A stretch of 41,810 bases of DNA from Candidatus Bathyarchaeota archaeon (GCA_020354065.1 CP070640.1:482013-523822); one strand, 5' to 3'. Counted from the stretch's first letter, positions 9,423-19,447 are shown. Made by a program: numbers and translations. Notes: generated from the letters alone by a model not told the origin.

Positions 9423-9728
9423 CTAATTATCCACGTCTTTATCCTCGTCCGTTGTGCTATCTACTTCTTCCCGTTCAATCTCAAGGGGGCTCTCTAAGGG
9501 GATAGGCGGCGGGGTTGTCGCCATCGTGTAGCCTATCCATAGGACGATCAACAGCATCAGGTAGACCGCTAGTATCACCGGTAGCCTGTACGCCCACTCG
9601 CTCAGCTGCGGGGATATCCAACTCGAAACAGTCGGTCCGAGGAATGGGGCAAAAGCCCATACGAAGTACCCGACCATGATGACCAAGCTGACGATCACAA
9701 TGAGCGATCCAAGGCTTTTATCGTCCAA
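9423..9728 (-). CDS. Conserved archaeal 2-TM protein (IGYTMATTPPP motif)
   Basis: Two hydrophobic helices, WIGYTMATTPPPIP and an acidic tail. Confidence 0.8.
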   Translation of the reverse strand: MDDKSLGSLIVIVSLVIMVGYFVWAFAPFLGPTVSSWISPQLSEWAYRLPVILAVYLMLLIVLWIGYTMATTPPPIPLESPLEIEREEVDSTTDEDKDVDN

Positions 9729-9820
9729 TTTGTTAAACCTCTCTGAAGATTATCAAGGAATAATATTAGAGTTTCCCCATTGGTTTAAATTTTAACCGGT
9801 GAGACCATCCAAGGCTGTGA

Positions 9821-10765
9821 TCACTGTTTCCAGAAGCGTTCGAGCTTGGACAGTACATCACTCCTCAATGAGTCGAGCTCAGACTGGGTTATCTCCCCCA
9901 CCTTGAAGCGGACCTCTAGAACGTCCAACTCGTTCCGTAGTTCCCTCTCGGTCTCGTCGCTGACCATTCCCGCAAACAGGTTGATTGTATCCTCAAAGTC
10001 CTCTGCGAGGCTTGCAGCCAGTTCTCGACTGAGCTTTCCTCCTTCTACCATTGTGTCTAGATCTTTGATGAATTTCCTGGCGGTCTGTTCATGCTCGAAT
10101 TGTTCTTGTCGGGTCACGCCTAGGGGTTGGTTAGATAGTTGCTTTGTGGTCTTCTCTAGTCTGGTGATCTCCTTCTCGATAGTGTTTATGTTCTCCCTGA
10201 TGCTAGGGGTCCTGATGAGGAGGTCGCTCTCGGCAAGCTCTCCTATGGCAACTCTGACTCTCAGCTCCTCCAGCTTGAGATTTGTTTTTTCAAGCTCAGC
10301 CTTCTTCTCTTCGTACTGGTCCCTGTAAGATGCGGTCTTTTCTTCAATCCTCTCCTTGAGCTGGGCGATCTCTTTCTGGTAACCCTCATAGATGTTGGTG
10401 AAGACCCTCTCTTGCAGCCCTTCCTCCATGAGGAGTTCGCAGAGTTTCACCTTCCAGGCATGGTGCTTCACCATCTCCTTAGTCAGGTGTGTGAGCTCGG
10501 GGTCAACTCCAAGGTCAATCAAGGGAGGGGGTCTTCGCTCTTCTTTGTATATGTCGTAGAGGGACGAGAAGAAAGATGTGTCATCTACATCCGGTTGAGG
10601 ACGGATCTTGGGGGGTTTATAAGCCTCTATAGGGGGCTCCTCTCTGCTCGATTCTAAAGAAGGTCTTCTCCCCCTTTCCACCAGGTTGTAACCGCAGTAA
10701 ATACAGAACTGGGTTCTGGGGACCTCCTTCCCGCATTTCTGACAGGTGGTGGACTCTTCCTGCAT
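9821..10765 (-). CDS. Zinc-ribbon plus CdvA-like coiled-coil protein
   Basis: CQKCG/CIYCG ribbon, a Pro-rich linker, and a long coiled coil containing LEELRVRVAIGEL and LEVRFKVGEI. Confidence 0.7.
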   Translation of the reverse strand: MQEESTTCQKCGKEVPRTQFCIYCGYNLVERGRRPSLESSREEPPIEAYKPPKIRPQPDVDDTSFFSSLYDIYKEERRPPPLIDLGVDPELTHLTKEMVKHHAWKVKLCELLMEEGLQERVFTNIYEGYQKEIAQLKERIEEKTASYRDQYEEKKAELEKTNLKLEELRVRVAIGELAESDLLIRTPSIRENINTIEKEITRLEKTTKQLSNQPLGVTRQEQFEHEQTARKFIKDLDTMVEGGKLSRELAASLAEDFEDTINLFAGMVSDETERELRNELDVLEVRFKVGEITQSELDSLRSDVLSKLERFWKQ

Positions 10766-11081
10766 TGCGAGGCTCCTCGTACTAGAGACCTACTTGTGAA
10801 TCGTTCTAACAGAAGATATTAATTTTGGGGGTGAGAGGCCATACCTTCTAGCTCCTTTGTAATGATTTCATGATCAGGGGGGAATTTTCTTTGCATGCTC
10901 ATTGAAAGATTTCAGCAATGGGTGTCAAGATCGGACTTGTACAGTCATTATTCGAATATTCCAAATGGAATTTTTTATTGAATATTTCACATCATTACCG
11001 TTAATACACGAAGAAATTTTTTTAAGTGGACGGTTATATTCTCTCTGCAATTCCCGAGAGGAATAATGAGGATTATCTGGG

Positions 11082-12299
11082 ATGAGTGAGATGGAAAATA
11101 TTCTCGTCAAGGAGCTCATACAAAACACCCTCGACGACAAGCCGATGGAAATCTGCGAGAGGAAGGGTCTCGGCCACCCGGACACGATCTGTGACTCCAT
11201 AATGAATCAGGTCTCCATAGAACTCAGCAAGGAGTACTTGAGGAGGTTCGGGGACATCCTCCACCACAACCTTGACAAAGGGCTCATCGGAGCCGGCGGG
11301 TCCGAGGTTCGTTTCGGAGGAGGGGAGATCACCGAGCCGATGCTCATCGTCTATGGCGACAGGGCAACCTTCAATGTCGGAGAGGAACATGTTCCCGTTA
11401 AAGAGATCGCGATAGAGAGCACCAAGGAGTGGATGAGGAGTAATCTTCGTTTCGTAAACCCTGAGAAACATGTCAAGTATCAGAGCGTCATCAAGCCGGG
11501 GGCCGCCTCCCTCCAAGACATCTTCCAGAGGAAGGGGAAGTATCGTGGGGCTAACGACACCTCTGCGGCCGTGGGCTTCGCCCCTTTGAGCCGGACGGAG
11601 AGGCTGATTCTAGATCTAGAGGGATATCTCAACTCCCCTGAGTTCAAGAGAGAGTACCCCGAGTCGGGGGAGGACATCAAGATCATGGGTTTCAGGAACG
11701 GGAACAAGCTGAGCCTGACTGTGGCCATAGCCTTCGTCGACCGCTTCATCGAGAGCGAAGCGGACTATTTCAGGAAGAAATCCGACATCTACGGCGCCAT
11801 CAACGTCTTCTTAAACTCCAACTATGACTTCGACGAGGTGAAGGTGGGCATCAACGTTCTGGACCGAGAGGGGCGGGGGATAGACGGCCTCTACCTAACT
11901 GTTCTTGGGACCTCTGCGGATACTGGTGACTCCGGGCAGGTTGGGAGGGGGAACAACGTCGTGGGTGTGATCCCCTTGAACCGCCCCATGTCATCGGAGG
12001 CGGCAGCTGGGAAGAACCCTGTAAGCCACGTGGGGAAGATCTACAATTTCCTGAGCTACCAGATCGCCGACCAAGTCTGTGAAAAGGTCGAAGGCGTCAA
12101 GGAAGTCTATATTTGGCTAGTGAGCAACATCGGGCAGCCCATCAACGAGCCAGCGGTCTGCTCCGCCCAGGTGATACCAGCAGACGGAGTGGACCTGAAC
12201 AAGATCACACCGCAAATCAGGGAGGTCATTGCTCAAGAGTTCGAGCGCTTGGACGAGTTTTGCAGCGACCTCGCAACGGGGAAGATAAGCGTCTGTTAG
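11082..12299 (+). CDS. mat: Archaeal S-adenosylmethionine synthetase
   Basis: ERKGLGHPDTICD, HHNLDK, ANDTS, GEDIKIMG, GDSGQVGRGN and AAGKNPVSHVGKIYN. Confidence 0.97.
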   Translation: MSEMENILVKELIQNTLDDKPMEICERKGLGHPDTICDSIMNQVSIELSKEYLRRFGDILHHNLDKGLIGAGGSEVRFGGGEITEPMLIVYGDRATFNVGEEHVPVKEIAIESTKEWMRSNLRFVNPEKHVKYQSVIKPGAASLQDIFQRKGKYRGANDTSAAVGFAPLSRTERLILDLEGYLNSPEFKREYPESGEDIKIMGFRNGNKLSLTVAIAFVDRFIESEADYFRKKSDIYGAINVFLNSNYDFDEVKVGINVLDREGRGIDGLYLTVLGTSADTGDSGQVGRGNNVVGVIPLNRPMSSEAAAGKNPVSHVGKIYNFLSYQIADQVCEKVEGVKEVYIWLVSNIGQPINEPAVCSAQVIPADGVDLNKITPQIREVIAQEFERLDEFCSDLATGKISVC

Positions 12300-12310
12300 C
12301 GGGAAAAAAA

Positions 12311-13423
12311 ATGATCAGCTCGTGCGATGTGGGCAGCCTACCTTTAAGGGTGGAGGAGTCCCTCATCAATAAAGGAGCTAGGAAATCCATCACGCTCCTT
12401 CCTTTTATCGGGGTTCCAGACGAGGAAACGAAGACCTTTGAAAGGGAGATAGTGAATTCATTCGCTGACAAGCTTAGGAACGGTATCGATATCCCCAACT
12501 ACACCCAGTTCCGGGACATGAACGAGATGTTCTTCGAGCTGATCCAGGGGATTGAAAAAGTCGGCGCCGAATACGTCGCCTTCAGAAACCCTAAGGTAAA
12601 ACCGAACACTTCGATCCCAGAGGTGAATGTCGTCAAACGTAACATATCCGAAATCAGAGACTTGGCCAACGTCGAATACGTTAGGCTAAAAGCCTGTGTT
12701 ACGGGGCCATACACCCTCTCGTCTTTCTTCTCGACTAAGAGCCCGGGGCTGTTTGAGGATCTCGGGAGCACGCTTACTGAGATCTTCTCTCGTTCTTTTT
12801 TCGAGACGAAGTACAGCAGGCTGGACCTTTTATGCATAGACGAGCCGGTGTTGGGCTTCTTGGATGACCCTCTCCTTGATTATGGTTCAGAGGGGAGGGA
12901 GTCTCTCAGGAGGGCTTGGGAGGAGATGTGCCGAGTCGCGGCCTTGAAGAATGTAGAGACCTGCATGCACCTCCACGACACCTCTGACGACTTATTCTGG
13001 GAGGTGGAGCATCTGCACGTGGTCGAGTCCCATGTCGAGGACCCCCTTTACACATTGGAGAAGACCAAGGGGCGCCTAGAAGATACCGACAAATGTCTGA
13101 AGGCGAGCATTTACGTCACTCTCTTCGACAAGCTGATAGAGGAGAAGATCATGGCTCAGGGTAAGAGCCAAGACCTCCAGCAGAGGCTCGGAGAGATCTG
13201 GACAGAAATAAGACATCGCCAAATAGACCCTCTCACATTCCTTGAGGATCCCGCCCTCGTGGCGAAGAGGCTGGAGAAAGTTGTGAGACGTTTTGGGCCT
13301 GAGAGGGTTCCCTATGCGGGGCCGGAGTGTGGCTTGAGCAGCTGGCCAACCTACGAATCTTCCATGGAATGTCTGAAGAGGATATCAGCCACAGTCGAGG
13401 ATTACAACAAGAAAAAACACTAG
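12311..13423 (+). CDS. Core MetE-like (cobalamin-independent methionine synthase C-terminal domain) protein
   Basis: DVGSLP, KACVTGPYTL, IDEP, MHLH and GPECGL. True start is ATG 12311; the track ORF is extended through mat. Confidence 0.75.
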   Translation: MISSCDVGSLPLRVEESLINKGARKSITLLPFIGVPDEETKTFEREIVNSFADKLRNGIDIPNYTQFRDMNEMFFELIQGIEKVGAEYVAFRNPKVKPNTSIPEVNVVKRNISEIRDLANVEYVRLKACVTGPYTLSSFFSTKSPGLFEDLGSTLTEIFSRSFFETKYSRLDLLCIDEPVLGFLDDPLLDYGSEGRESLRRAWEEMCRVAALKNVETCMHLHDTSDDLFWEVEHLHVVESHVEDPLYTLEKTKGRLEDTDKCLKASIYVTLFDKLIEEKIMAQGKSQDLQQRLGEIWTEIRHRQIDPLTFLEDPALVAKRLEKVVRRFGPERVPYAGPECGLSSWPTYESSMECLKRISATVEDYNKKKH

Positions 13424-14088
13424 GGTTTTACATCTTTGTTTAAAAACGCTATCTTATGATCGAAACAGCAATGCGATCGCATGAAACATTCATCACACCT
13501 CGGATGTCGCTTCCTGCAGAACTCCCTTCCATGCATCACAAAGGCGTTGTCCACGAGCCTGTACTTCTCGGGAGGAACCAAACTCTCCAATACAGCCTTG
13601 ACCACATCTGGGCTCTCTTTCATACCGACCAAGCCAAGCCTCTTCGCCACGGTTTCAACATGGGTGTCGACAGCGATAGCTGGTTGGTCGAAGGCGTAGC
13701 TGAGGACGACGTCGGCTGTCTTTGGGCCCACTCCAGGCAGGTCCATGAGGGAGGATCTGTCCCTCGGGACCTGTCCCTCATAATCGGCGATCAGGGTTTG
13801 ACAGATGGCTCGAATGTTCCTGGCCTTCTGTTTGTAGAATCCTGAGCACCTTATCCTTTCTCTGAGCTCCTCGACGCTGATGCGGAGCATATCCTCAGGG
13901 CGCTCAGCAGCCTGAAAGAGGTTCTCCATAGCCTGTGTTGAGTTTTCATCCCTCGTTCGGTGGGAGAGAACGCATCCAACAAGAGTCTTGAAGGGATCAT
14001 GAGTCCTCTCCAATTGTCCAATACCGCTCCCGTAGTGCTCCTCCAAGAGTTCTAAAACGAGCCTCATCTGAACCCTGGGGTCTCCCAT
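13420..14088 (-). CDS. nth: Endonuclease III
   Basis: HhH LPGVGPKTAD, AVDTHV and the CX6CX2CX5C 4Fe-4S motif. TAATG coupling to the upstream gene. Confidence 0.93.
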   Translation of the reverse strand: MGDPRVQMRLVLELLEEHYGSGIGQLERTHDPFKTLVGCVLSHRTRDENSTQAMENLFQAAERPEDMLRISVEELRERIRCSGFYKQKARNIRAICQTLIADYEGQVPRDRSSLMDLPGVGPKTADVVLSYAFDQPAIAVDTHVETVAKRLGLVGMKESPDVVKAVLESLVPPEKYRLVDNAFVMHGREFCRKRHPRCDECFMRSHCCFDHKIAFLNKDVKP

Positions 14089-15551
14089 TAGGCCGCATGA
14101 CCTCCGAGCATCTCATTTTTTAGTTGCGCGAACTTGTCCGAGAGATATTCATCTAGGGTTTTTCCCTTTTTCTTCGCGCATTTCTTTAAGGCGGCGTTCA
14201 CTCCAGTTGAGTACTGGACGGCTCGCTTACGTCTAGAAGAGATCTCATCGGGGAACCCAAGCTTCTTGGCGAGGCTCCTGAGAATGAGCTTCCTCTGCGA
14301 CTCTAAATCCCTGGGAAGCTTGAGTTCAACTGGCAGGGCCAACCCCCACTCAACCAGCCTAAGATCAGCGAAGGGAAGCCTGAGTTCCAAGCCCCCTGCC
14401 AGCGAGATCTTGTAGTCTCTCTCGAAGTTGATCTCGTGGGATGCCAAGACGTCCCTGTACATTGTATCCCTGACGCTCTCTCCCCTCTCTACGTATTCTC
14501 TGAAATACCTGTGGTAGCCCCCGAAGATTTCGTCGCTTCCGTTGCCTGAGAAAATGACCCTAATGCCAGATTCGGCTGCTAGCTTTGAGGTCCAGTGGAG
14601 TGGGAGGGCCACCGCTACTTTCAATGGGGTAGGGTCCTCTATGCTCCAGAGAACCTCGTCTATGGCTTCCTCCACATCCCTCATGGTGAAGGACTCCAGC
14701 CGCAATGGCAGGTCGAGGCTCTCGGCAGCCTTCTCTGCCGCGCTGAACTCCCTAGACCCTTCCATGCCGACGCAGATTAAGTCCACCTCCACCCCAGCCT
14801 TGTTGATATAGTAGGCTATGAGACTGCTGTCGATGCCTCCGGAAAAACCTAGGGAGACTCCAGATAGCCCATGGCACCTGGTCTCAACGGCTCTCGACAG
14901 GATTCTATCCAGCTCTCCAACTGCCTCCCCCATGGAGATCTCTCTCGATGTGATTTTAGCTATAATTCGGATGGGTACAGAGGAGATTCCCTTTCTCGTA
15001 GCTTTATAGATGTGACCCGGCGTTGTCCTCTTTTCTTCAAGGCCGATGGACCAGAGCATCTTCTTGCAAGAGGCTACGGCGAGTATTTCTTGGCTCTCGC
15101 CATAATAGAGGGGAACAGTCCCCATAGGGTCCCTCCCAAACAAAATGGAGTCGCCCGAGAGTATGATCGATGCGAATGATCCGTCATCATCCTCGATTAA
15201 CTGCCGCAGGCCCTTCTCCGGATCTCGACCGAGGCCATCGGCAACAACTTGGACGTTCGGTTGGTTTAGCTTGTACCAGAGTCTTCCAAGAAAAGTGAAG
15301 GTGTAATTATATTGGTATAGGAGTTGGGGCTGATCAAGTGGGATTGTCTTGGTCAGGATATGCCCTAGCAACGCTTTCGATCTTGGGGCGTCGATCGCTT
15401 CGAGTGTTTCTCCGATGATCACACCTCTGTCTGATGCTACTCCGTAACTTTCTCCGTCCCTAGGATCGGATCCCTGTAGAATTCTGGAGAGGGCTGGGAA
15501 TACCTCTCTTTCATCCTTGCTCAGGACGGCGGCGATGTGACCCATTCCCAT
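14088..15551 (-). CDS. Asparagine synthetase B-like protein
   Basis: GRDPMGTVPLYY, PP-loop SGGIDSS, SGNGSDEIFGGY, ELRLPF and KRAVQYSTG. No N-terminal Cys. Confidence 0.85.
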   Translation of the reverse strand: MGMGHIAAVLSKDEREVFPALSRILQGSDPRDGESYGVASDRGVIIGETLEAIDAPRSKALLGHILTKTIPLDQPQLLYQYNYTFTFLGRLWYKLNQPNVQVVADGLGRDPEKGLRQLIEDDDGSFASIILSGDSILFGRDPMGTVPLYYGESQEILAVASCKKMLWSIGLEEKRTTPGHIYKATRKGISSVPIRIIAKITSREISMGEAVGELDRILSRAVETRCHGLSGVSLGFSGGIDSSLIAYYINKAGVEVDLICVGMEGSREFSAAEKAAESLDLPLRLESFTMRDVEEAIDEVLWSIEDPTPLKVAVALPLHWTSKLAAESGIRVIFSGNGSDEIFGGYHRYFREYVERGESVRDTMYRDVLASHEINFERDYKISLAGGLELRLPFADLRLVEWGLALPVELKLPRDLESQRKLILRSLAKKLGFPDEISSRRKRAVQYSTGVNAALKKCAKKKGKTLDEYLSDKFAQLKNEMLGGHAA

Positions 15552-15609
15552 GAAATTGTTGTTGGTTCAATTTGGGGTTATCGAATCAGGTAGCTTCCCA
15601 GTCCTCCAT

Positions 15610-16023
15610 TCAGCTCTGGTGTTCCTCCGCTGCTTCGAGGATCGCGTCGACCTGGTCCTCCGTCAGACGGACTGCGTGGAGGAAGCTTCCCTTCCTGGGG
15701 TCGTCGGCTAGGATCGATTCCTTGATTGGATAGGGCTTGTTGTACTTGAAGAGGGATTTGAAGGTGATAGCGCACTTCCAGTTGTTCTCCATGCAGTAGG
15801 CCTCCTCTTCCGGGGGGAGTTCCCAGAGATGCTCGACCTTGCCCACCACGCCGTAGCCGATGAAAGAGTCTCCAACGTCGGTTTTCATGGCGAGGAGGAT
15901 CGGTGTGTCTCGCCTCCAAGCCCTTATAACGCCTGAGTAGTATTTCTTTAACTCGTAGACCTGATCCCGCCAATCATTGGTGATTATCCTGAGAATGTAA
16001 CCATAATTCTTTTCGTCGGACAT
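15610..16023 (-). CDS. EVE/PUA-like domain protein
   Basis: N-terminal YILR...W, DSFIGYGVV, ITFKSLFKYNKPYP and a terminal helix LTEDQVDAIL. Confidence 0.6.
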   Translation of the reverse strand: MSDEKNYGYILRIITNDWRDQVYELKKYYSGVIRAWRRDTPILLAMKTDVGDSFIGYGVVGKVEHLWELPPEEEAYCMENNWKCAITFKSLFKYNKPYPIKESILADDPRKGSFLHAVRLTEDQVDAILEAAEEHQS

Positions 16024-16074
16024 CTATGAATGTTTTGTGTTAGATGAAATTTAAAGATATCAGGTTTCGAGCAT

Positions 16075-18339
16075 TTATTCTCCTTCTGGCTCCTCGTACT
16101 CCCTTGGCTCCTCTTCGATGAAATCGGTCAGTGCTCTCTGCTCAGAGACCGCCTTCTCTAGGCTTTTCCATTCTTCCTCTTCCACGACGCCACCCACCTG
16201 CTCCTTGATGACCTTGGCGAGCCTTGGACCGATGAGTGGAATCCCCACTAGACTAGAGACCGACGCTTTCTTGAGACTCGCTATGGTCGGATACCCAGAG
16301 TTGTAGAGGACCCGGGCCCTGACCCGTCCGATGCCCCTGAGCCTGACCAGGGGCAGGAGCTTCTCGGTCACCCCGTACCTCACCCGGTCCCTTAGCTTCC
16401 TGAGATGTCCCCTGTGCTCTCTTATCTCCAGCACCTGGGCGAGCTCGTGTGCTGCGTAGAGAAGCCAGTCGGCGTTGTTAACGGCACCGTACCGATCACC
16501 TGGAGGCACTGAGTACTTCTCAAGGAGGTCGCTCTCCGATGTCTCCTCGATCCAGGCCTCCAGGACTATGGCGGTCTTAACCTCCCCCAGGAACTGCTCG
16601 TACTCCACATAATCGTAATCATCTGAGACCCTGCAGGCGAACTCTCCCCTGTGCTCCTCGAGGTAAGCCTCCAAATACTCCATATCCCTCCTCCTAGGCC
16701 TCAGGATGGGGCGCATGTCCGGGATGTGGCATATTAGGTGGAGCCAGGTCAAATCGGTAATCTCTTCCGCCCCCCTCCTCAGGCCGTCCCTCAGGACCAC
16801 TGCGGAGAGGGGGTCGATGTAGAGCTCGGAGACCCTCCGGCCGAAGTCGGTGGCGTAGATGTAGTCTCTCTTGTAGAGGATCATGGCCTCCCGCCTCAGG
16901 TAGCTGAGTATCGCCGCCACGATGAGCTTGATGTTACCGATGGGGTAGTGGTAGCCATAAAAGGTCTGGCCGAAGAAGTCGATGATCCCCTGCTCGGTGT
17001 GGGCGTAGTCGGAGGCGACAGCGGCCAGGGTGTGGCCTCGGATGGCGGCTTCCTGGGCGAGCCTGCTGTAGAGGCGCTCGGGTTGGCCGGCTACGTAGTT
17101 CTCCATGAGAGCGTCCTGCTCGTCGGAGGAGGAGGCTATGAGAACAGCTTCGCCGTACTCATCGTACTGGGGCCTCCCTGCCCTGCCGCTCATCTGCTTG
17201 TATTCGAGAACCGAGATGGGGTACATCCCATAGCCAGGGGTGAATCTCCTGTAGCTGCCGATCACAGCCGTTCTCGCTGGTAGGTTCACTCCGGCCGCAA
17301 GGGTCGGTGTCGCGGAGAGTATCTTTATCCAGCCAGCCTTGAAGGCCCTCTCCACGATCCGCCTATGCTCAGTGCTCAGCCCGGCGTGGTGGAAGGCCGC
17401 CCCCTTGGCCACAGCGGAGGCTAGGTTATCCGTTAGGCTGGTCTTCTCGCCTCTGAGGACGATCTCGGAGGATATCTTCTGCAGCTCCGTCTGCTCCCTT
17501 TTCCGGTGAGACCCCGCAATTGCGTTAGCCGCTTCACGAGCCACGCTCTGGGCCCTCCTCCGGCTCTCTACGAAGATGAGGGACTGACCACCGTCGAGGA
17601 CAGAGTTGACGGCGATGTTGATCGCATCAAGCTTGTTGAGGGAGTCGAGGCGCTTCATGCTCCCATCGTTGAAGATGATCCTGTTGCTTAAGGCAACGCC
17701 CTCCTTGAGAGGGACCGGCCTCCAGTCTGTCTTGATCCAGTCAGCTTCGAGCCACTCGGCTACTTCGTCTGCGTTCCTTATGGTGGCGCTGAGAGCGAGG
17801 ATCTGGAGGTCGGGTCTCAGCTGCCTCAACCGAGCGATCGCGACTTCCAAGGTGGGCCCCCGGTCGTTGCCTATGAGGTGGATCTCGTCCGCTATGACGA
17901 GGGATACGTCCTCCATCCACGGTGATCTGTGCCTGAGGAGGGAGTCGCACTTCTCGTTGGTGGTGATTACGATGTCATAGTTTGCCAGCCAGCTCGTCCT
18001 GCTGTCTAGGTCGCCGGTGCTGACGCCGACTCGGATCTTCCCTCCTCTCCTCTTTTCTATGCCGGAGTAGGCCTGGAACTCCTCGTACTTCTCCCACGCT
18101 AGGGCTCTGAGGGGAGTAAGGTAGAGGGCTTTGCCGCCCCGCTCCACGATATGCTTGACTGCGCAGAGCTCTGCAATCAGGGTCTTACCACTGGCCGTGG
18201 GGCTTGCCATGACGAGGTTCTTCCCATCCAGCACTCCGGCTTCAATCGCCTCGGCCTGAGGAGGGTAGAGCTCGTCGAAGCCCCTGGCTTCCAGCAGCGC
18301 CTTTACCTTCTTCGGTATGTCGAGTTCGGAGACCCTCAC
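16075..18339 (-). CDS. hel308: Hel308 (Ski2-like SF2) DNA helicase
   Basis: LYPPQ, PTASGKT, DEIH, LSAT, TPTLAAGVNLPA, QMSGRAGR and C-terminal GIGRVRAR. Probable GTG start at 18339. Confidence 0.95.
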   Translation of the reverse strand: MRVSELDIPKKVKALLEARGFDELYPPQAEAIEAGVLDGKNLVMASPTASGKTLIAELCAVKHIVERGGKALYLTPLRALAWEKYEEFQAYSGIEKRRGGKIRVGVSTGDLDSRTSWLANYDIVITTNEKCDSLLRHRSPWMEDVSLVIADEIHLIGNDRGPTLEVAIARLRQLRPDLQILALSATIRNADEVAEWLEADWIKTDWRPVPLKEGVALSNRIIFNDGSMKRLDSLNKLDAINIAVNSVLDGGQSLIFVESRRRAQSVAREAANAIAGSHRKREQTELQKISSEIVLRGEKTSLTDNLASAVAKGAAFHHAGLSTEHRRIVERAFKAGWIKILSATPTLAAGVNLPARTAVIGSYRRFTPGYGMYPISVLEYKQMSGRAGRPQYDEYGEAVLIASSSDEQDALMENYVAGQPERLYSRLAQEAAIRGHTLAAVASDYAHTEQGIIDFFGQTFYGYHYPIGNIKLIVAAILSYLRREAMILYKRDYIYATDFGRRVSELYIDPLSAVVLRDGLRRGAEEITDLTWLHLICHIPDMRPILRPRRRDMEYLEAYLEEHRGEFACRVSDDYDYVEYEQFLGEVKTAIVLEAWIEETSESDLLEKYSVPPGDRYGAVNNADWLLYAAHELAQVLEIREHRGHLRKLRDRVRYGVTEKLLPLVRLRGIGRVRARVLYNSGYPTIASLKKASVSSLVGIPLIGPRLAKVIKEQVGGVVEEEEWKSLEKAVSEQRALTDFIEEEPREYEEPEGE

Positions 18340-18488
18340 GTATCCAGCCCTTCGGCTAGAATATGCGAGGCACGCCATATTAATCTAAGGCACCGAGACT
18401 CCCGGTAATGCACTGTATAACTTTGCTTCATCCCGTAGTCGTAAGACCCTTTATATTGTATGTCCAATAAAATCGACCTCGTGGCACC

Positions 18489-18815
18489 ATGCCTATCGAG
18501 AAGACTATCACATATTTCGTGAGTAAGGGTGAGGAGAACACCGATGAGATCTTGAAGGCTAAGAAGTGGACTGAAAAGCTAGGGATAAAGGAAATTGTCG
18601 CGTCGTCAACAAGGGTCGAAAACGGCATGAAAGTTATCGAAGTCTTCAATGGTCACAACGTCGTTGTGGTCACCCACTCTACTGACTTCAGGGAACCGGG
18701 AAAGCAGGAACTCTCTAACTTGACGAAAGAGTTTTCCAGTTTGCCTCAGACCATGAGCCAGAAGCAATTAGGGTTTGTATCCAGAATCATTTTTAAAATA
18801 GATATTCCCCAGTGA
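18489..18815 (+). pseudogene. Truncated PK_C-like (MTH1675-type) protein
   Basis: TYF...GEENTDE...GIKEIVASS...VVVVTH...FREPG resembles this family but has small deletions. The resemblance ends after KQELS (about 18716), well short of the usual full length. Confidence 0.6.
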
Positions 18816-18832
18816 GATGCTGAGGCTTGTCG

Positions 18833-19333
18833 ATGGACAGACCCGACAAAACGAAATACTTTCTAAACATCGCCCTCGCCGTCGCTGGCCGATCTACCTG
18901 CCTGAGACGACAGTTCGGTGCCGTCATTGTCAACGGTAATACCATCGTGGGAACAGGCTACAACGGCACTGCTAAGGGCGTGATAAACTGTCACGATGTA
19001 GGATGCATCAAGGAGTTGAAGCACCTCCCCCAGAACAGGGCCTACGATCTCTGCCCGGCAGTCCACGCCGAGGAGAATGCCATCATCAACTCCAACAGGG
19101 CCGATAGGATAGGGGCCAAGCTCTACATCGCGGGTATCGACTCCGAAGGCAACTATACGAAGGCCGTCCCATGTCTGAGGTGCAAGCGGAAGATCATCAA
19201 CTCCGAGATCGAAGAAGTCGTCATCCTCGATGAAACTGGAAACCCTGTCCGGATCGATGTCAGGGATTTCATCAACGAGGACACGGTCTGGTACACGAGA
19301 GAGCTCGAGAGGGCTCGAGGGGAGGCAGATTAG
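18833..19333 (+). CDS. dCMP deaminase / ComEB family zinc deaminase
   Basis: RSTCLRRQFGAVIV, TGYNG, VHAEENAI and PCLRC. Confidence 0.9.
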   Translation: MDRPDKTKYFLNIALAVAGRSTCLRRQFGAVIVNGNTIVGTGYNGTAKGVINCHDVGCIKELKHLPQNRAYDLCPAVHAEENAIINSNRADRIGAKLYIAGIDSEGNYTKAVPCLRCKRKIINSEIEEVVILDETGNPVRIDVRDFINEDTVWYTRELERARGEAD

Positions 19334-19447
19334 GTAAAGGGTCAAGCTTAGTATTGTTTTTCCATTATTGAAGAGGTAATGGATTTATAATCAATACAAT
19401 AGAAACGTTTTTTCGATGAAGAGATGGTTCTCAGAATGGGGGGCCCC

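Noticed and set aside
12113..12310. N-terminal extension of the MetE-like ORF
   Set aside because: It overlaps mat out of frame; family similarity begins at ATG 12311.
16738..17980. Several 100-180 aa + strand ORFs inside hel308 (similar ones lie opposite coaBC, fni, rps2, larA and the MFS gene)
   Set aside because: They are antisense shadows of strongly supported genes and have no motifs.
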